From NCBI GenBank assembly GCA_030390025.1, contig CM059432.1, positions 150,228,001 to 150,292,000 of the forward strand: a DNA stretch of 64,000 bases, in the 5' to 3' direction. This DNA is from Squalus acanthias. Lineage: Eukaryota. The notes beneath the pieces are model-generated. The model saw nothing but the letters and a program-made list of their open reading frames with translations. It was not told the origin of the DNA and did no database searches. This document shows positions 34,271 through 48,283 of the stretch, one piece after another; within the stretch, counting starts at the first letter, position 1, and each line of letters begins with the position of its first letter. Both the position numbers and the translations under genes were made by a program.

Positions 34271-37235
34271 ACGAGGATGCTGCAGATCCTGGGTGATAGG
34301 CAGATCCATCACCTTCACGCAAATACTTTTATCACTAACCTGGCAGCTAATTAAAAGGATTCTTACTGGTGAGGGCAAATGGTCAATACTTTCTGTTTTT
34401 CCTTTGAGAACGCTTTCACATTAATCCAGTTAAAAATCCCATTAACACAAAAACAAATTCAATAGTAATTTACTTACATTGTTCATTACTTCAGTAAACT
34501 GGCATAAGAGTTACACCTCCAGTATGCAAATCTTCCATTTTCCCCAAGTGTAGTGCATTCAGGATGGTTTTCTGTATTAACTTTTAAACCACAATATGCT
34601 TGAGCTAATTGAGAATCAATTTGTGTGTGTGTGATTGATCCCAGGGTTTTGTTTCAGGTGCAAATGATGGTGGGGCTGGGAAGTTGCAAAACTTGGTTCA
34701 GCTATGACATTGTAAATTCATCTGTGCTGAGAAGAGAGAATGCTGCAATGGCACAAGAATAATAAAAAATAGATGCACAGATTAAATAATCAAGTTAAAA
34801 TCTAAAATCTGGTGGCAACTAACCCAAAAAACCCCCCCACCCCCCAAGAAAGCTTAAAAACATCAAGAAAACCTGCTTCGAGTACAAATGAAAATCTTAA
34901 ATCTGTGCATTCATTTATTGCAGCAGCAATTCCTAGCTCAGTAAATGTAGCCTTTTCACTGTCACGCTATTTTTATTCCCTTCTGATTGACATCGCTGGA
35001 TTGCTATCCCACCGAAAGCAGGACTCCGGCCCCATTGACTTGGCTTATCTTTGCTATTGGTTCAGCAGAATTAGAAAATAAGTATGGTACAGCAATTATG
35101 GAGTGTTCAATTATAATATCAACTCTGGTTTTTTTTTGCTCCATTCCCCCCAAACCATTGTATATGTATATTGTATATTATAAACATTAAACATGAATGC
35201 TCGCTTCTCAGGTCTTCATAGATGGATAAGCAGCAGATAGGTGAAATCCCAAACTCTGATGAAACACAAGCACTCCCACAACAAACAGTAATAAAACATC
35301 TATGGAATATGTGGGAATCCAGAGATATGATGAACTTCATCTATATGAAAATAAGAAAATATCCAGGCAACCGATGCTCCTATCTTTGAGATCTACTGAA
35401 TGAGAAGAACTCTCCAGGAATGTGTCAACACCCCTATAAAAGACCAGCACAACCAGAACACAAGACTAGCACCCCATGTCTAAACCCCATCATGGGGCAA
35501 ACCCAACTTGGGATGCCCACCTCCTTTTGAGTAGGAGAGGTGATGAGGTAGTAATTAGGCGGCACTAAGCTTGTGTCTTAAAATATTAAGATTTCTGATG
35601 AAGAGAAGAATAAGGGAGGTAAGGAGTTCCACTTTTGAAGATCTGGAAAAGAATGACAGAGCGGGAGATGGTGTGGTGAGTCTTCACTTCCAACACAGTG
35701 TGGATGCAGGGCGATGAAAGAATATGCAAGGTGGCATATTTAAAGCTTAGGGGGAATAAAAGAGAGAAAGCTCAAAGGAGAAATGACCAAAATATTAATA
35801 AAATAGATAAGGAAGGTTTCAAAGAGAAAGGTAACTTGAAGGTTAGGGGTGCAAGAAGGATTAACCATCGGACACAAAGTTTTTTCTTGTATCTTGTCAA
35901 GAAGTGCGAAAAAAATGTTAAAAGCTTCACGGATATCGGAATAATATTCAAGTTTTAAATGAGTTTGGGCTCTATAGTAAGCTAAGAACCATTAATGGGA
36001 AAAGTTGTGCATGGAATTCAACGTGAAACTGAGCATCTTTGAGACTCCTTTAGCAATGGATATGTGGGGGGGTTCCATTTGAGCTCAGAGGAGATAAACA
36101 AATATAAACAGATGAAACGAGTAATCTCCCACTGAATTAGATGCAAATATGGACTAAACCTGAGTCAACATTAGGCTAAATCACAAGATAGTTATGGATG
36201 AGGAAGGCGATTCGGCCATCTTAATTCATCCACCCAGAGAGAGACCCTAAAGTGCCCCTATTGTAACATCCAATGTTTTCTTAAATGCCTCTACTATTCT
36301 ATCTGGAAACTTATTCCACACATTGAAATCCTAGTTATTAAGGCGAGTATTTCTCCTCAGGGCCAATGACAAAGTGAAACTTAGCCCAACTTCCTGGTTG
36401 TCATTATACTATTTTAAAATGAGCCCACATATAGCATAAAGTTTTTTTGTTTTATTTTTGTCTTTATTGTATTGTACTTAACAGCCCACATGCAAATAAA
36501 CTCTAATTTTAAGCATTAGGAATTTTTTCATTCAATTGATTTTATTGTATACACTTCAAAAAGTACTTCATTGGCTGTAAAGCGCTTTGGGATGTCCTGA
36601 GGTCATTAAAGGCAGTACATCATTGTAAGTCTTTCTTTCTATTGTTGAAAGAAGTGGAGTGGTGGCACACAAGCTGTACCACTCAATGGTAGGTCGATGG
36701 GACAGATCCAAAGTTCCTCAGATGACGAATTCCTAGTCTGGACATTAGGGGAAGGGTGCTGAACCGACACTGGACATTTTCCCATAATGAAAGGAGAAAG
36801 GCTGGCAATCAAGTCTCCATGGACAACAGTCTTTTAAAATACTGTGACTATTTTCTTACATAACAACAGTCACTGTACTTCAAAACTAGTGATGTACTTT
36901 GAGGCATTTTGATGTGATACAGTATCATATAAATGCAAGTATTATTTATTTGGATTGCTGTCAAGCACCTTCTAGCAGCCGATAAGGGAGTAATCTTGGC
37001 AGGAATTGGAAAACAGGTCTCTTACTTGGCCTTTTAACCAGGGAAGGTTCAATGGAACCAAAGAGGGAAGAAAATACATTTTAAAAAAGGGATAGAAGGA
37101 AAAAAATAGTAAGCTGTAAAATAATTCCTTAGAAAAGTTAATTTGACAATAATCTTCTGATGATTTTCTACAGGCATGCTTTGTAGCAGGCTTGTTTCAG
37201 TAAACTGCAGGGCACCTGGAACTGAAATAGTCTCA

Positions 37236-37464
37236 TGATGCGGAGATGCCGGTGTTGGACTGGGGTGGACAAAAATGAGAAGTCGCACAACACCAGGTTA
37301 TAGTCCAACAGTTTTATTTGAAATCACAAGCTTTCGGAGCTTACGTGGCCCCTTCCTCAGGTGAAGTCACTTCACCTGAGGAAGGGGCCACGTAAGCTCC
37401 GAAAGCTTGTGATTTCAAATAAAACTGTTGGACTATAACCTGGTGTTGTGCGACTTCTCATTTT
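37236..37464. mobile_element. Penelope-like pseudo-LTR palindrome
   Basis: Perfect inverted repeat 37270-37367 / 37369-37466, 34-nt unpaired extension on the left, 13-bp target duplication tgaaatagtctca (37223-37235, 37465-37477). Confidence 0.88.
37372..37412 (+). ncRNA. Minimal type I hammerhead ribozyme motif (identical copy at 37324-37364 on minus strand)
   Basis: tcac-CTGAGGA-a-ggggc/cacgtaa/gctcc-GAAA-gc-T-T-gtga; stem I tcac/gtga; palindromic stem III AAGCTT. Confidence 0.75.
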
Positions 37465-37699
37465 TGAAATAGTCTCAGCATCCTTCTGTCTGGTTCACTG
37501 CATTATAAATACAGTTACAAACATAAAAAAAGAGGCATTTGTATGAAAATAGATTCTCTTCATGGCCAATAGTAACCTGTGAATCACTAAGTTTAGTCAG
37601 TAATGTATTGTTTACTATACCAAGAATGAATTTGAAATTGGATAAATCCACATCCATTTAGTTCTTAAAACTTTTCCTGTGACCTTTATGTCCAACAAG

Positions 37700-37930
37700 G
37701 TGATAGATGCTAGTGCTGGATACCCAGTGTCAGCATCAAACACTCTCAGGCCAGGTATAGCACAGCCAGATACAGAGTAAAATGTCCTTTACTCTGCCTG
37801 AAACACCTGAACCCCCAACCTCAGAAGAACACCCCACTATAAGAGCAGTGGAACATTTTTCAATTTCTCGCACCACTCATCCTCTGGCTCATCTCTGAAC
37901 AAAATTGTCAATTTAGTGCAAATTATGCTG
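37700..37930 (-). mobile_element. Old SINE 3' half, possibly LF-SINE-related
   Basis: Words ttgcactaaattgacaattttgtt and gtgctatacctggcctg recall LF-SINE; from memory only. Confidence 0.35.
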
Positions 37931-38264
37931 GTTTTGAACACAGCTCCTCCTCTATTCATTTTGTAAATAAGCAAGATAAATTCCATACTCCTGAATTGAT
38001 TCAAATCTCATTTAAGCCTTGGATGTGAAACATAGGCCAGTTTTGAAGTTGAGAGGGGAAAATGTTGCACTTGATGATGAAATCCTTTAAACCTAAAAAA
38101 TGTGTTTGCTGCTTCTTCGTCTACCATTCCGCACAGTGGTTCTCCTTCTCCCCCATACTTTGTGCGTTTTATTTTCCTTTTATATTTTTCAGCCCGTTCC
38201 CATGCAGCATCACACATTACCCCCTGCCTGCCAGCACTTGAATCCACCCTTGGTTAAAAATTAT

Positions 38265-39677
38265 GGCGGGTTTTATTCGGGGCGTCAGCGGGCAGGTTCG
38301 GTAGCGGGTCAGGTGGGCAAAAAAATGTTTTGACAGCGGGTCGGGAACCCGCTGTGAACCCTCCACTACACGACTGTCAGGGCTGAACAGACCCGACACG
38401 CAGCAGCGGGGAAGGCAATTCAGGTCATTATGACCTTGTTAACAGCCCATTAAAAAGTATTTTGAGCTCACCTTACCATTTTAGGAGGTCGCCCACGGGG
38501 TCCACGCTGCTCGGGGATCACGTCAGGTAAGCAGGTCAGGAGTTGCATGACCATGAGATCATCTCATTACTTGACAGCTGCAAATGTGCTATAAAAGCTC
38601 CCATCTCACAGCTGTTCACTTTCCAAGCTCAGAAGCTGTTGCTTACTGCATTTGGAAGACAGATTGAGCTTTATGCAGGTTGCAAGTGTTTGGAGTAAAT
38701 TCTCTATCCAGTGTCAGCTCATTGGAACAACCTCTCTCACCATTGACAGATCGCTTCTGTCATCTCAAGTTCATCTGCCATCTATTACATTAGCATTGGT
38801 GCCCTTGAAACTATCTCTCATTGGTCCTCAGAATCCCACCACGATCAGCCCCAACACCAGCAGCACCAACAACAACACCAACCTTCTCCGCAATCAACTG
38901 AGGCTGCACAGGACACAGGGCATCAGCATCCAACCACATTGCTGCCCGGGAGGCCAAGGATGGCCTCACCATGTCCAGATTTACTTCACTTGACGCTGTA
39001 CACCTTGGCTGCCACATGATGCACCAGGTTGGCACCACACCACACCAACACCATAAAGCACCCCGACAATGCCCAAGCCATTCCTTTCACACTTACGATC
39101 ATTGCGGGGGGTACCATTATGTCTCATCTTTCATTGTAACTCACTAAGCCACTTCCAAAGGTGCACACAAATCTGTCCAAGAACGCAAAGTGTTGAAAAT
39201 AAAGGTTTCAATGTTTGACACCACATTAACAGAAACTTCACATGAACATTGGCTAAAACACACAAGTGCCTACCCTTGTGTGTTGTTAGTTGGTATGATT
39301 GGACTAGGATGAGGATGAGTGTGAGGGGTGGCTAGTGAGATGGGGAAGTGATAATGTAGATAGAGAGGGATGGGTGGAGGTGCAAGGTAAGTTGGTGTGA
39401 GTAAGGATGTGCAGTAGGGTAGGGAAGGCAGAGTGATGGGGATGTGTTGAGTGGCACAGCAGGATGAGGTTGAGTGTGGCTTGGCAGTAATGTTTCGTGA
39501 TCTACTGAGATCATTGAAAGGCTTGCACCACTGCAGCCTGGTGCTCCTGACAACATCCCTGCTTGTGTCCTCCTGTGCAATGTGCAACCAGGTTGCGTTA
39601 GTCTCCTGGGGAAGTCTCTTCCGCCCATTGGAAGGGAAGAGAACCTCCCTACATGCTGTGACTCCCTCCATAAGCAT
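38265..39677. mobile_element. Internally deleted Harbinger element lacking its right end
   Basis: Q-rich transposase N-terminus on + (about 38830-38930) like 7930-8030; Myb/SANT exon 1 and intron on - (39677-39270) homologous to 4690-5060. Confidence 0.85.
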
Positions 39678-39679
39678 AC

Positions 39680-39928
39680 CTGCGCAGGTGGCTGTTGTAC
39701 ATATCCTTGTGGCGGCTGTAGCACTTGTTGAGACATGGGCTGTCCAGATCCAGTAAAACTTCCCGGGGGCAGCTGTTGACTTGGCGATGCCATGACGTAG
39801 CTAGTTTGTTGGGGTGGCTGAGGCAAGATGGGTGATGGATAGACAGAACCAGAAGGTTGCTCAGGGGCATCTCCTGATGACTGTCGGCTTAAGCTCATCT
39901 GGTTAAACTGGGAAGCCAAGTCTTCTCG
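39680..39928 (-). CDS. ARPP21: ARPP21 internal exon, 249 nt
   Basis: REDLASQFNQMSLSRQSSGDAPE...QGYVQQPPAQ; catcacag / gtatgc; phase 0-0. Confidence 0.93.
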
Positions 39929-40403
39929 CTGTGATGCAGACAACAAAAAATAATCAGTACTGGTTGCTGAATAATACATCCGAGTGTAATATTAAAAGAA
40001 AATCCTTTGACGATAAAATGTATTACGTGCAACGCAAGCATCACCACAAAGACACCACAAGACAGAACACACATTTACAGTAAATCATGCTGTGTTTGGC
40101 TCCATGTCAAGGTTATTAACCACTATAAAAACGTAACAATGAAAAAAGTTCTGAATTTAGTAACTAATCTTCCAAGTCTAATTCTGTCCTGACCTGATGT
40201 CTATACACACAAAAACACACATTCTTCCATCGGGGTCGCTGGATAGTGATCAGAGGAGGGAACCATGACTGACTTGCTCTTCTTTAACCCAGGGGCACTA
40301 AGGCCAATTGTAATGTCCCTACCACTGCCTCAGCACAGACCACAGATCAAATCTTGGACCTTTTAACTCTGTATGGATGGTCTACACACTTGACAAATTC
40401 ACA

Positions 40404-40580
40404 GGGGTAGATCTTGACTTTGTGTAATAGTGTAAAGTGGGTCAGCAGCCCATTTTACATCTCTCACGATTTTTATTTACATTGAAGTCAATGGAAGTAC
40501 AAATTGGGAAGAGATGTAAAATGGGCTGATAACTCACTATCGCCTGTTTTACACGATCGCACAAAGTCAAAATCTACCCC
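40404..40580. mobile_element. Palindromic MITE, 177 bp
   Basis: ggggtagatcttgactttgtg / cacaaagtcaaaatctacccc; centre cattgaagtcaatgg; flanks ACA/ATA. Confidence 0.8.
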
Positions 40581-41157
40581 ATAGAGTCATGTGGGGTGCA
40601 CAAGTCTAATCTTCAAACTTGATGTCAAGTCTATTTCATTGAACTCAAATTTTTCAGTTGATAGGCATACAAGGAAAAGGAGTTGGGTTTTCTATACATA
40701 TTTAATGGCTAGAGTAATATATAAAACTCATTTTGTTTAAAAAATATTAAAATGTCACAAATTTCCATTTTCTGCCATCACAACAATATAAAGCACAACA
40801 ATTCAGTGAAACTAACCATGCACTGAATGTGAAAAATATATTCATCATTTTACTGACATGGAAGTTTTGCAAGTGAAAACTGCCAAATTGTTGTATCTGA
40901 CTACTGTAAATATCACTTTCCTGCTTTAACCTCAACACAGAGTCAAACAAGTTTCTCACACACAGTGTACAAATATTTCAGCAAGTAATACAGATTTACC
41001 CTCAGCCATGAACTGCCAACTACAGTTAATGCAGTGAACAATCACCACTGAAAGTGAAGCAAAGCACACAAAAACATACTGCAGTTACATTTATACACAC
41101 GTTGCAAATATTAGAATTACTGTGTAAAAGTGATAAAATAAAACTATGATTAAGTAC

Positions 41158-41262
41158 CACAGGAAACTGCTGCGTTGGTGAAACTGGCAGTAGATGCTGG
41201 GGAGGATAAGAAACCGCTGGATACTGGACAGACTGGGAAGAAGGCTGCATAGCCTGCACAGG
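41158..41262 (-). CDS. ARPP21: ARPP21 internal exon, 105 nt
   Basis: PVQAMQPSSQSVQYPAVSYPPQHLLPVSPTQQFPV; cttctcag / gtactt; phase 0-0. Confidence 0.9.
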
Positions 41263-41720
41263 CTGAGAAGAGAATTAATCACCAAAGTCAGATATAGAAG
41301 ATACAATTCAGAGATATACAAAGAATAGAAATTTGACAAGCAAGGAAATCAAAGGAAACAAGAAATCACAAACGCAAGTGTTAAGATATTAAGAAGTGAT
41401 AGCGCGTTATGTTTATTAGTTTGCATTATGATACATGCCACATATTTCAACAATGATACAAGTCTTCAAATACTCTGGTTACTATTTAATGACAGAGCAA
41501 AGCTCTGTAGTTTGATTTAGAGCAAGAAAGCCTAAAGAGATTAAAGAAGAAAAAGAACAAAAAAACAAAGCTTGGTTCAAAACATTAAATTTTAATTGAA
41601 TTTGGTTCAGATGGAATAGTGTAGTAAACAAAATAGGCCCTGAATTATCACAGACAGCCAAACAAATGTGATTCTGGTGTGCACAAGATATTGCTAGTTT
41701 GTTTGAAAACATGATTTTCA

Positions 41721-42068
<348 letters not shown>

Positions 42069-42700
42069 TTAAACATTTTCTTTGAAAGTACACACAATAA
42101 AATGTACAGAAATTCATATACTGTATAGATGTATCATTACACATGCTCTACTACAAAAATGACATATTTCTTCTCTTCTTAAACATATGCAAATTTGGAG
42201 ATGAATGATGAAAATCAGAATTAAGCTTCTAACAGAAGACCACATGACAAAAGAGCCCATATTTCAATTCAATTATAAAATAGTGACCAATAATGAACTC
42301 TAGGGTAAGTTTAGTGCTCCTGAGCTCCCAGCGGGTAGCTACAACGGAAGGGATTGCAAGATGCAGAATCAACGCTAGCGTTTTATGGTCTATTCCTGAC
42401 CTTTGAGTGCAGTTCTTCACTGTAAATTTACACTATTTACACTCCTGTACCGAGACAAAATATGATGCACCATCGTATTCGTATCTTAATCTTTCAGGTA
42501 TCATGCTTCAATGGTGCCACAACTATCTATGTCACTCCATATCGCTTGACAGAAGAGTCATTTTATGTGGTGCAACAAATCTGACAGCTTTTCCTTCCCT
42601 CCCACACTCAATCACCGCAAGATGCTTCTTCTAACAGCCCGGTGGAGAAACAGCAAACCTCTTGCATGAAAGGTGGCTACTGCTATTATTAAAACATAAT

Positions 42701-43458
42701 GGGCCGTATTTTCCGATTGGAGGCTTCCTGTGTGCGGAGGCCTCCAATCTGGAAAAAATCTACACCCTTACCTGAGGGCTCCCGAGGTCCAGACACTTCC
42801 GCTCCTGGGCCTCTCCAACTCGAAATGCGCAGGGCCCACATATCCCAGAGGCGCATGCGGTTCGCAAGCGTCCCTGGGATCACGTGGGCCATGGGGAGCC
42901 AACAGGAGAAGGGAATCTCCCTTCATACACTTGACAGATAGACCTGTCAAAAGTATGAATGGAGATCACCCCAAATACACTGCAAAACATTAAATACATT
43001 GTTTTAAAAAAAATCACATTTTTAAAATGAGTTCAAATTACAATATATTAAATATTTTAAACAAAAATTTAATTTTTTGAAAAAAATAATGAAAGTTTTT
43101 TACGGGGCTAAAAATAAACTTACCTTTTTTAAAGTATTTTTAAATGATAAATGAGTGAAATTTGTTTTTTTACTTTTTTCAAATCTTATGCTGGTAAAAG
43201 CAGACCTTACGCAGGCTTTTACCAGGCGTAAGATTTCTAAAGATTTTCAGCGGGCGGAGGTTCTCCAGAAAGCGGAACTCTCCCCCCGCAGAGGCCCTTC
43301 TCCAGGGCAGGCGTCCGATCTGTCAAGAGGATTCTTGACAGATCGGAAATGCTGGTTTTCAGCGCATGCGCTTGGCATGCCTGAAACCGGCATTTCCGAT
43401 GTTCCTACCGGTGTGTACACAGCGCGTACCCACCCGTAGGGATCGGAATCTACGGCAT
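42701..43458 (+). mobile_element. Harbinger-type MITE, copy A
   Basis: TIR gggccgtattttccgat / atcggaatctacggc; AT-rich core; inverted homolog at 46589-47599. Confidence 0.85.
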
Positions 43459-45178
43459 ATTATGAGAAATGTGATAAGATTCAATCTAGCATATAAAGAC
43501 ATTTTCAAAGAACAACATTTAATTTTGAGCAGTTGTAAATCTCAAATACAACTGTGACGCCACAAAATTCATCCCAGAAAGGTACTTGGGAGATGCAAAT
43601 AATTTTTGGTCATCAGTTTTTCCATTGTGGAAAGAAATAGTTTTCAGCATTCTTGCTACAATGCACATATACATATTACAGAAATCAATGCATCACACTA
43701 ATAACTCATTTTATTTTCTTGTCTGCAGCTTTTGTTCTTCTCTGGTCTCCCTAGGCCGGGAGAGTCTGAGCTTTCGTCTTCATAGGCCACGCAAGTGCAT
43801 ACCATGAAGCCTTGGAAGCCACATGTAAAGTTTAAATACATGTTCCCATTAATTTGCAGATATCTGAAGTTGCTGATACTAACAGAACTTGGTGTTCTGA
43901 TTCAGGATCGGGAGTCAAATATAATTTTGGGTTGTGGATAATTGCACCAATGTGCACAGACAAAATTCAGTCTTCATTTTAAAGTCATACATTCTGCCTT
44001 CCTTTTCATGTAATACTTTGATGTTCTACTATAGTTAAATTGCAAAACCTATGGCAATTTGGGAAACAGTGTTGGTTGGAGCATGGGAGTTCCTCTGCAG
44101 TACAGGCTGAGGGGGTGGAAGATGTAAAACTGAGACACTACACTGCCACTGCTGGCAGGAGGGTGTAATTACAATATGACATGTTTACATAGGAAGCTTC
44201 TATTATAAATGTGGATATAGGAAACTATAATGGGAAAAAGTTGACAAAAATGTGGCATCAGTAAATAAGGTCTTGTAGACAGGAAGTGTACATAAATGCA
44301 AGATTTTTAATATATTCTAGATAAGTGAAGGGAGTTCAGGAATTGATGCTGACACTTGCATGGTCAGTTGAAATGGGCCACTGACACTAGAAACTCAGGG
44401 GTTCTCCTGGATTATGATGGCAGGTATTTCCTTTATTTTTGCCCATTTTCTGGCTGTACTGGGGCAAGGGGTGAAGGCAGAAAATTGGATTGAGTGCTGC
44501 TCGATCCCTGCCCAGTTGTGCAACCACCTCAATCTTCCGGCATATCTTCTGCCAGATGTACACAACCGAATATGGACGGGTATATTGTGAGGCAATCACT
44601 AGGATTTGATGGCATAGGCCGCAGCAATACTGGATGTAATTCATACCTGTATGCAACAGACACCCAGCACTGCTAGGGGTTGCAAAATGTAGAAGAACAT
44701 TTAAATGGCCACAGCAGGAACTTAAGTGAATAACAGACCAGTCAGTTGCTAGTTCCAATTGCTTTATTATGGAATCTTCATTGGAGCATGTTTTTTTTTG
44801 TTTGGGAGTTTACCTTGCCCTTTAAGCTCTGTAAGTGTTTAATTCCAGCAGCAGCCTTTTCCTATTCTCCTTCCCTCCACGTCTCCCCACTCAATGAAAA
44901 GGTCAGAGATATTGCAAAAACTCAACTCAACTCTAATACGAGACATACAAAGGGAGCATCCATAATTATCATTTTCTTACGAGAACCAAAGAGAGAGGGG
45001 TTTAATACACCCATGTATACATACATAAAAAACATTTACATGTTTTTTAGAAATAGCTATTTATTAGTTAATAAGCATATGATTATTCTTTGCACTCTTG
45101 TGAAAAAGGACAATTATAGATGGCCCATAATATTGCTTGGATTTTTATTAGCCTTTAGCTGTAGTAACAGTTGCACTA

Positions 45179-45538
<360 letters not shown>

Positions 45539-46588
45539 CTACATTTTTTAATGCAACAGGGGAGGTGAATTTTTTCGGGGCTTCTCCACCAACGTTACGG
45601 TGGTGGAAACACCGCTTATTTGCGTAAACAAGGTTTCTGCCCGAGTTACGCCAGCAGATCGGGAAAAGCCACAAGGAAATTCACCTCTTAGAAATACAAG
45701 CGTGTTCTGTCCATTCAGTCATATAGAAGAGCCTCAGGTGTGAGTTCTCCATTCTACAATAGACAGCAGAGACATCTTAATGGTTTTTAAACAGTGAACA
45801 AGATTACAGTGTTGTGCTCCTGTTGCAGGAAGAGTCACCAGATGGTGCAGGGAGCTGATCATTACATTTGGCAAGCCACGCACAACAATTCCATTTGGTA
45901 TCCCACGGCTGAAAAACACACCAGTTGTTCATCAAACACAAGCACAGTAAGTCTGCATCTTATTTACAATTTAATAAAAATGACAAACAAAAACGTGGTT
46001 TCGTGTTGACTTAACTGAAGTTTGAGATTGGAAAAGCTGACAACTAGCTGTAATATGTGCCCTCCAGTCCAGAAACTGCCTGAATAACAAAGTAAAACAA
46101 AAATACGAATACAACGAATACAAGTGGCTTTGCAAATTGGATAAGGTAAGGACAGTGCAGGTTGATTTCAACCAAGCCTCTGGGGAGCTGTCAAGATGTC
46201 ACAGACTTCATGATGGGGAGAAGAGAAATAAATGGAGGAAGACCCACTGCTTTGCACTCTTGTTTCAGGGCTAACACTCCCAGCTCTACTTACAAAATCT
46301 CAAACTTCAATTCAATCAAGGAGAAAACCACGTTTTTATAAATAGGACTGGCAAAAGTCTGTGAGTATGCTGCTTATCTGCTCCAGCAGCAAGGAAACGT
46401 TGAGTGTGGGGTGCGGGGTCAAATCTAAAAGTTAACAAAGGGAAATAAAATGGCTTCTCTCACCTTTAACAAGATTTGCTTTGAGGATGCTTTGTTAAAA
46501 TGTAAGTGGCATGATCAGCAACAATTAAAACTTATAATGCCGTAGCAATTGGCATACAGTTTACCATTGCTGCCATTGATAATACAAT

Positions 46589-47599
46589 GGCCCATATATT
46601 CCGATCCCTACAGGTGTGTACGAGCTGTGTACACACCCGTAGGAACATCGGAAATGCCGGTTTCAGGAATGCGAAGCGCATGCGCTGAAAACCGGCATTT
46701 CCGATCTGTCAAGAATGTTCTTGACAGATCCTCCGCCTGCCCTGGAGAAGGGCCTCTGCGGGGGGGAGAGTTCCGCTTTCTGCAGAACCTCCGCCCGCTG
46801 AAATCCCTTAAAAATCTTACGCCTGGTAAAAGCCTGCGTAAGGCCTGCTTTTACCAGCATAAGAGATGAAAAAAAGTAAAAAATAATAATTTTTTTCCCA
46901 CTCATTTATAATTTAAAAATACTTTTAAAAAAGGTAAGTTTATTTTTAGCCCCATAAAAAACTTTAATAATTTTTTTCAAAAAAATTAATGTTTTGTTTA
47001 AAATATTTAATTTAATGTAATTTTAACTCATTTTAAAAACGTGATGGTTTTTTAAAAATGTATTTAATGTTTTACTGTGTTTTTGGGGTGATCTTCATTC
47101 ATACTTTTGACGGGTCTATCTGTCAAAAGTATGAAGGGAGATTCCCTTCTTTAATTGGCTGGCCTGGCCCACGTGATCCCAGGGAGGCTTGTGAACCGCC
47201 TGCGCCCCTGGGATACCTGGGCCCTGCGCATTTCGACTGTGGAGAGGCCCAGGAGCGGAAGTGTCCGGGCCTCAGGAGCCCTCAGGTAAGTGCGTAGATT
47301 TTGTTCCGATAGGATGACTGTCTGTGTGGAGTTTGCACATTCTCCCCGTGTCTGCGTGGGTTTCCTCCGGGTGCTCCGGTTTCCTCCCACAGTCCAAAGA
47401 TGTGCGGGTTAGGTTGATTTGGCTATGATAAATTGACCCTTAGTGTTAGGGGGGATTAAATACGTGGGGTTACGGGGATAGGGTGGGATATGTGTCGGTG
47501 CAGGCTCGATGGGCCGAAATGGCCTCTATCTGCACGGTGGGGATTCTGTGATTGAGGAGGCCTCCGCCGCAGGAAGCTTCCTATTGGAAAAAGCGGGCC
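46589..47599 (-). mobile_element. Harbinger-type MITE, copy B (inverted relative to A), interrupted by a SINE
   Basis: Reverse complement aligns to 42701-43458 over its length; ORF-track peptides LMLVKA.LTQAFTRRKI.K.FQRAEVLQKAELSP occur on opposite strands. Confidence 0.88.
47311..47553 (+). mobile_element. 5'-truncated V-SINE (HE1-like)
   Basis: V-domain gtgtggagtttgcacattctccccgtgtctgcgtgggtttcctccgggtgctccggtttcctcccacagtccaaaga; CR1-type tail gatgggccgaaatggcct. Confidence 0.85.
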
Positions 47600-47700
47600 A
47601 TTGAATTAGTTACTTCAGGCTGTATGGGCTATTTCCCATTTGCTATCATGGAATGCAATGGAGCAAGACTCAGCTACAGAACCCATCGAGTACCAGCTAC

Positions 47701-47927
47701 CTGTTTTAGAGAGTTTGCCCGTACTCCTGTTACTGTTTGTGCTGTCACCACGTGTTAATACAGTTATGCCACCGATACTTGCTGTCTTCGTAACAGGAGG
47801 CTTCAAGTTTCGATTTGAGCTGTCGGAGTCAGTACTACTCCAGGGTCGCTGATCTGTCCACTTCGCATCTGTCTCTGTACTGCTCTGCCGACTCCCTGAT
47901 GTTTTTCCTGTTCCATCTCTGTTACCC
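47701..47927 (-). CDS. ARPP21: ARPP21 internal exon, 227 nt
   Basis: GNRDGTGKTSGSRQSS...WSSTDSDSSNRNLKPPVTKTASIGGITVLTRGDSTNSNRSTGKLSKT; ggttttag / gtagct. Confidence 0.93.
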
Positions 47928-48009
47928 CTAAAACCAAAAAAGGGACCATTAATACCAGTTTTGCTATTGAATTGATTGAAATCTCATCTTTATTTGCCTC
48001 ATAACAAAC

Positions 48010-48069
48010 CTAAATAGCTGTCTCTTCTTCTGCGTGTCATTGAATGTATTGATATCCTCTAGAATTCGG
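48010..48069 (-). CDS. ARPP21: ARPP21 internal exon, 60 nt
   Basis: RILEDINTFNDTQKKRQLF(R); ctccccag / gtttgt; phase 2-2. Confidence 0.92.
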
Positions 48070-48283
48070 CTGGGGAGAACAAAAAGTACTGGTAAAAATT
48101 CTGTATCGAGCACAATATGCTTCCCTCCTTGACAAACACCTATCAAGGTGGCATAAAACCGCACAAGTTTCCAATGTCAGATACCAAAAACAAGAGTAGA
48201 CATCAAGTGGGGGCACGACACTTCACCATAGAGAAAGAGAAGAGAAAGTCAGAAATTACCATAAAAACATCAGTATACAAATC

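Noticed and set aside
37270..37466. Considered as a novel miRNA gene or CRISPR-like repeat
   Set aside because: Perfect arms, target duplication and hammerhead core fit a Penelope-like insertion; no spacer array, and the DNA is eukaryotic
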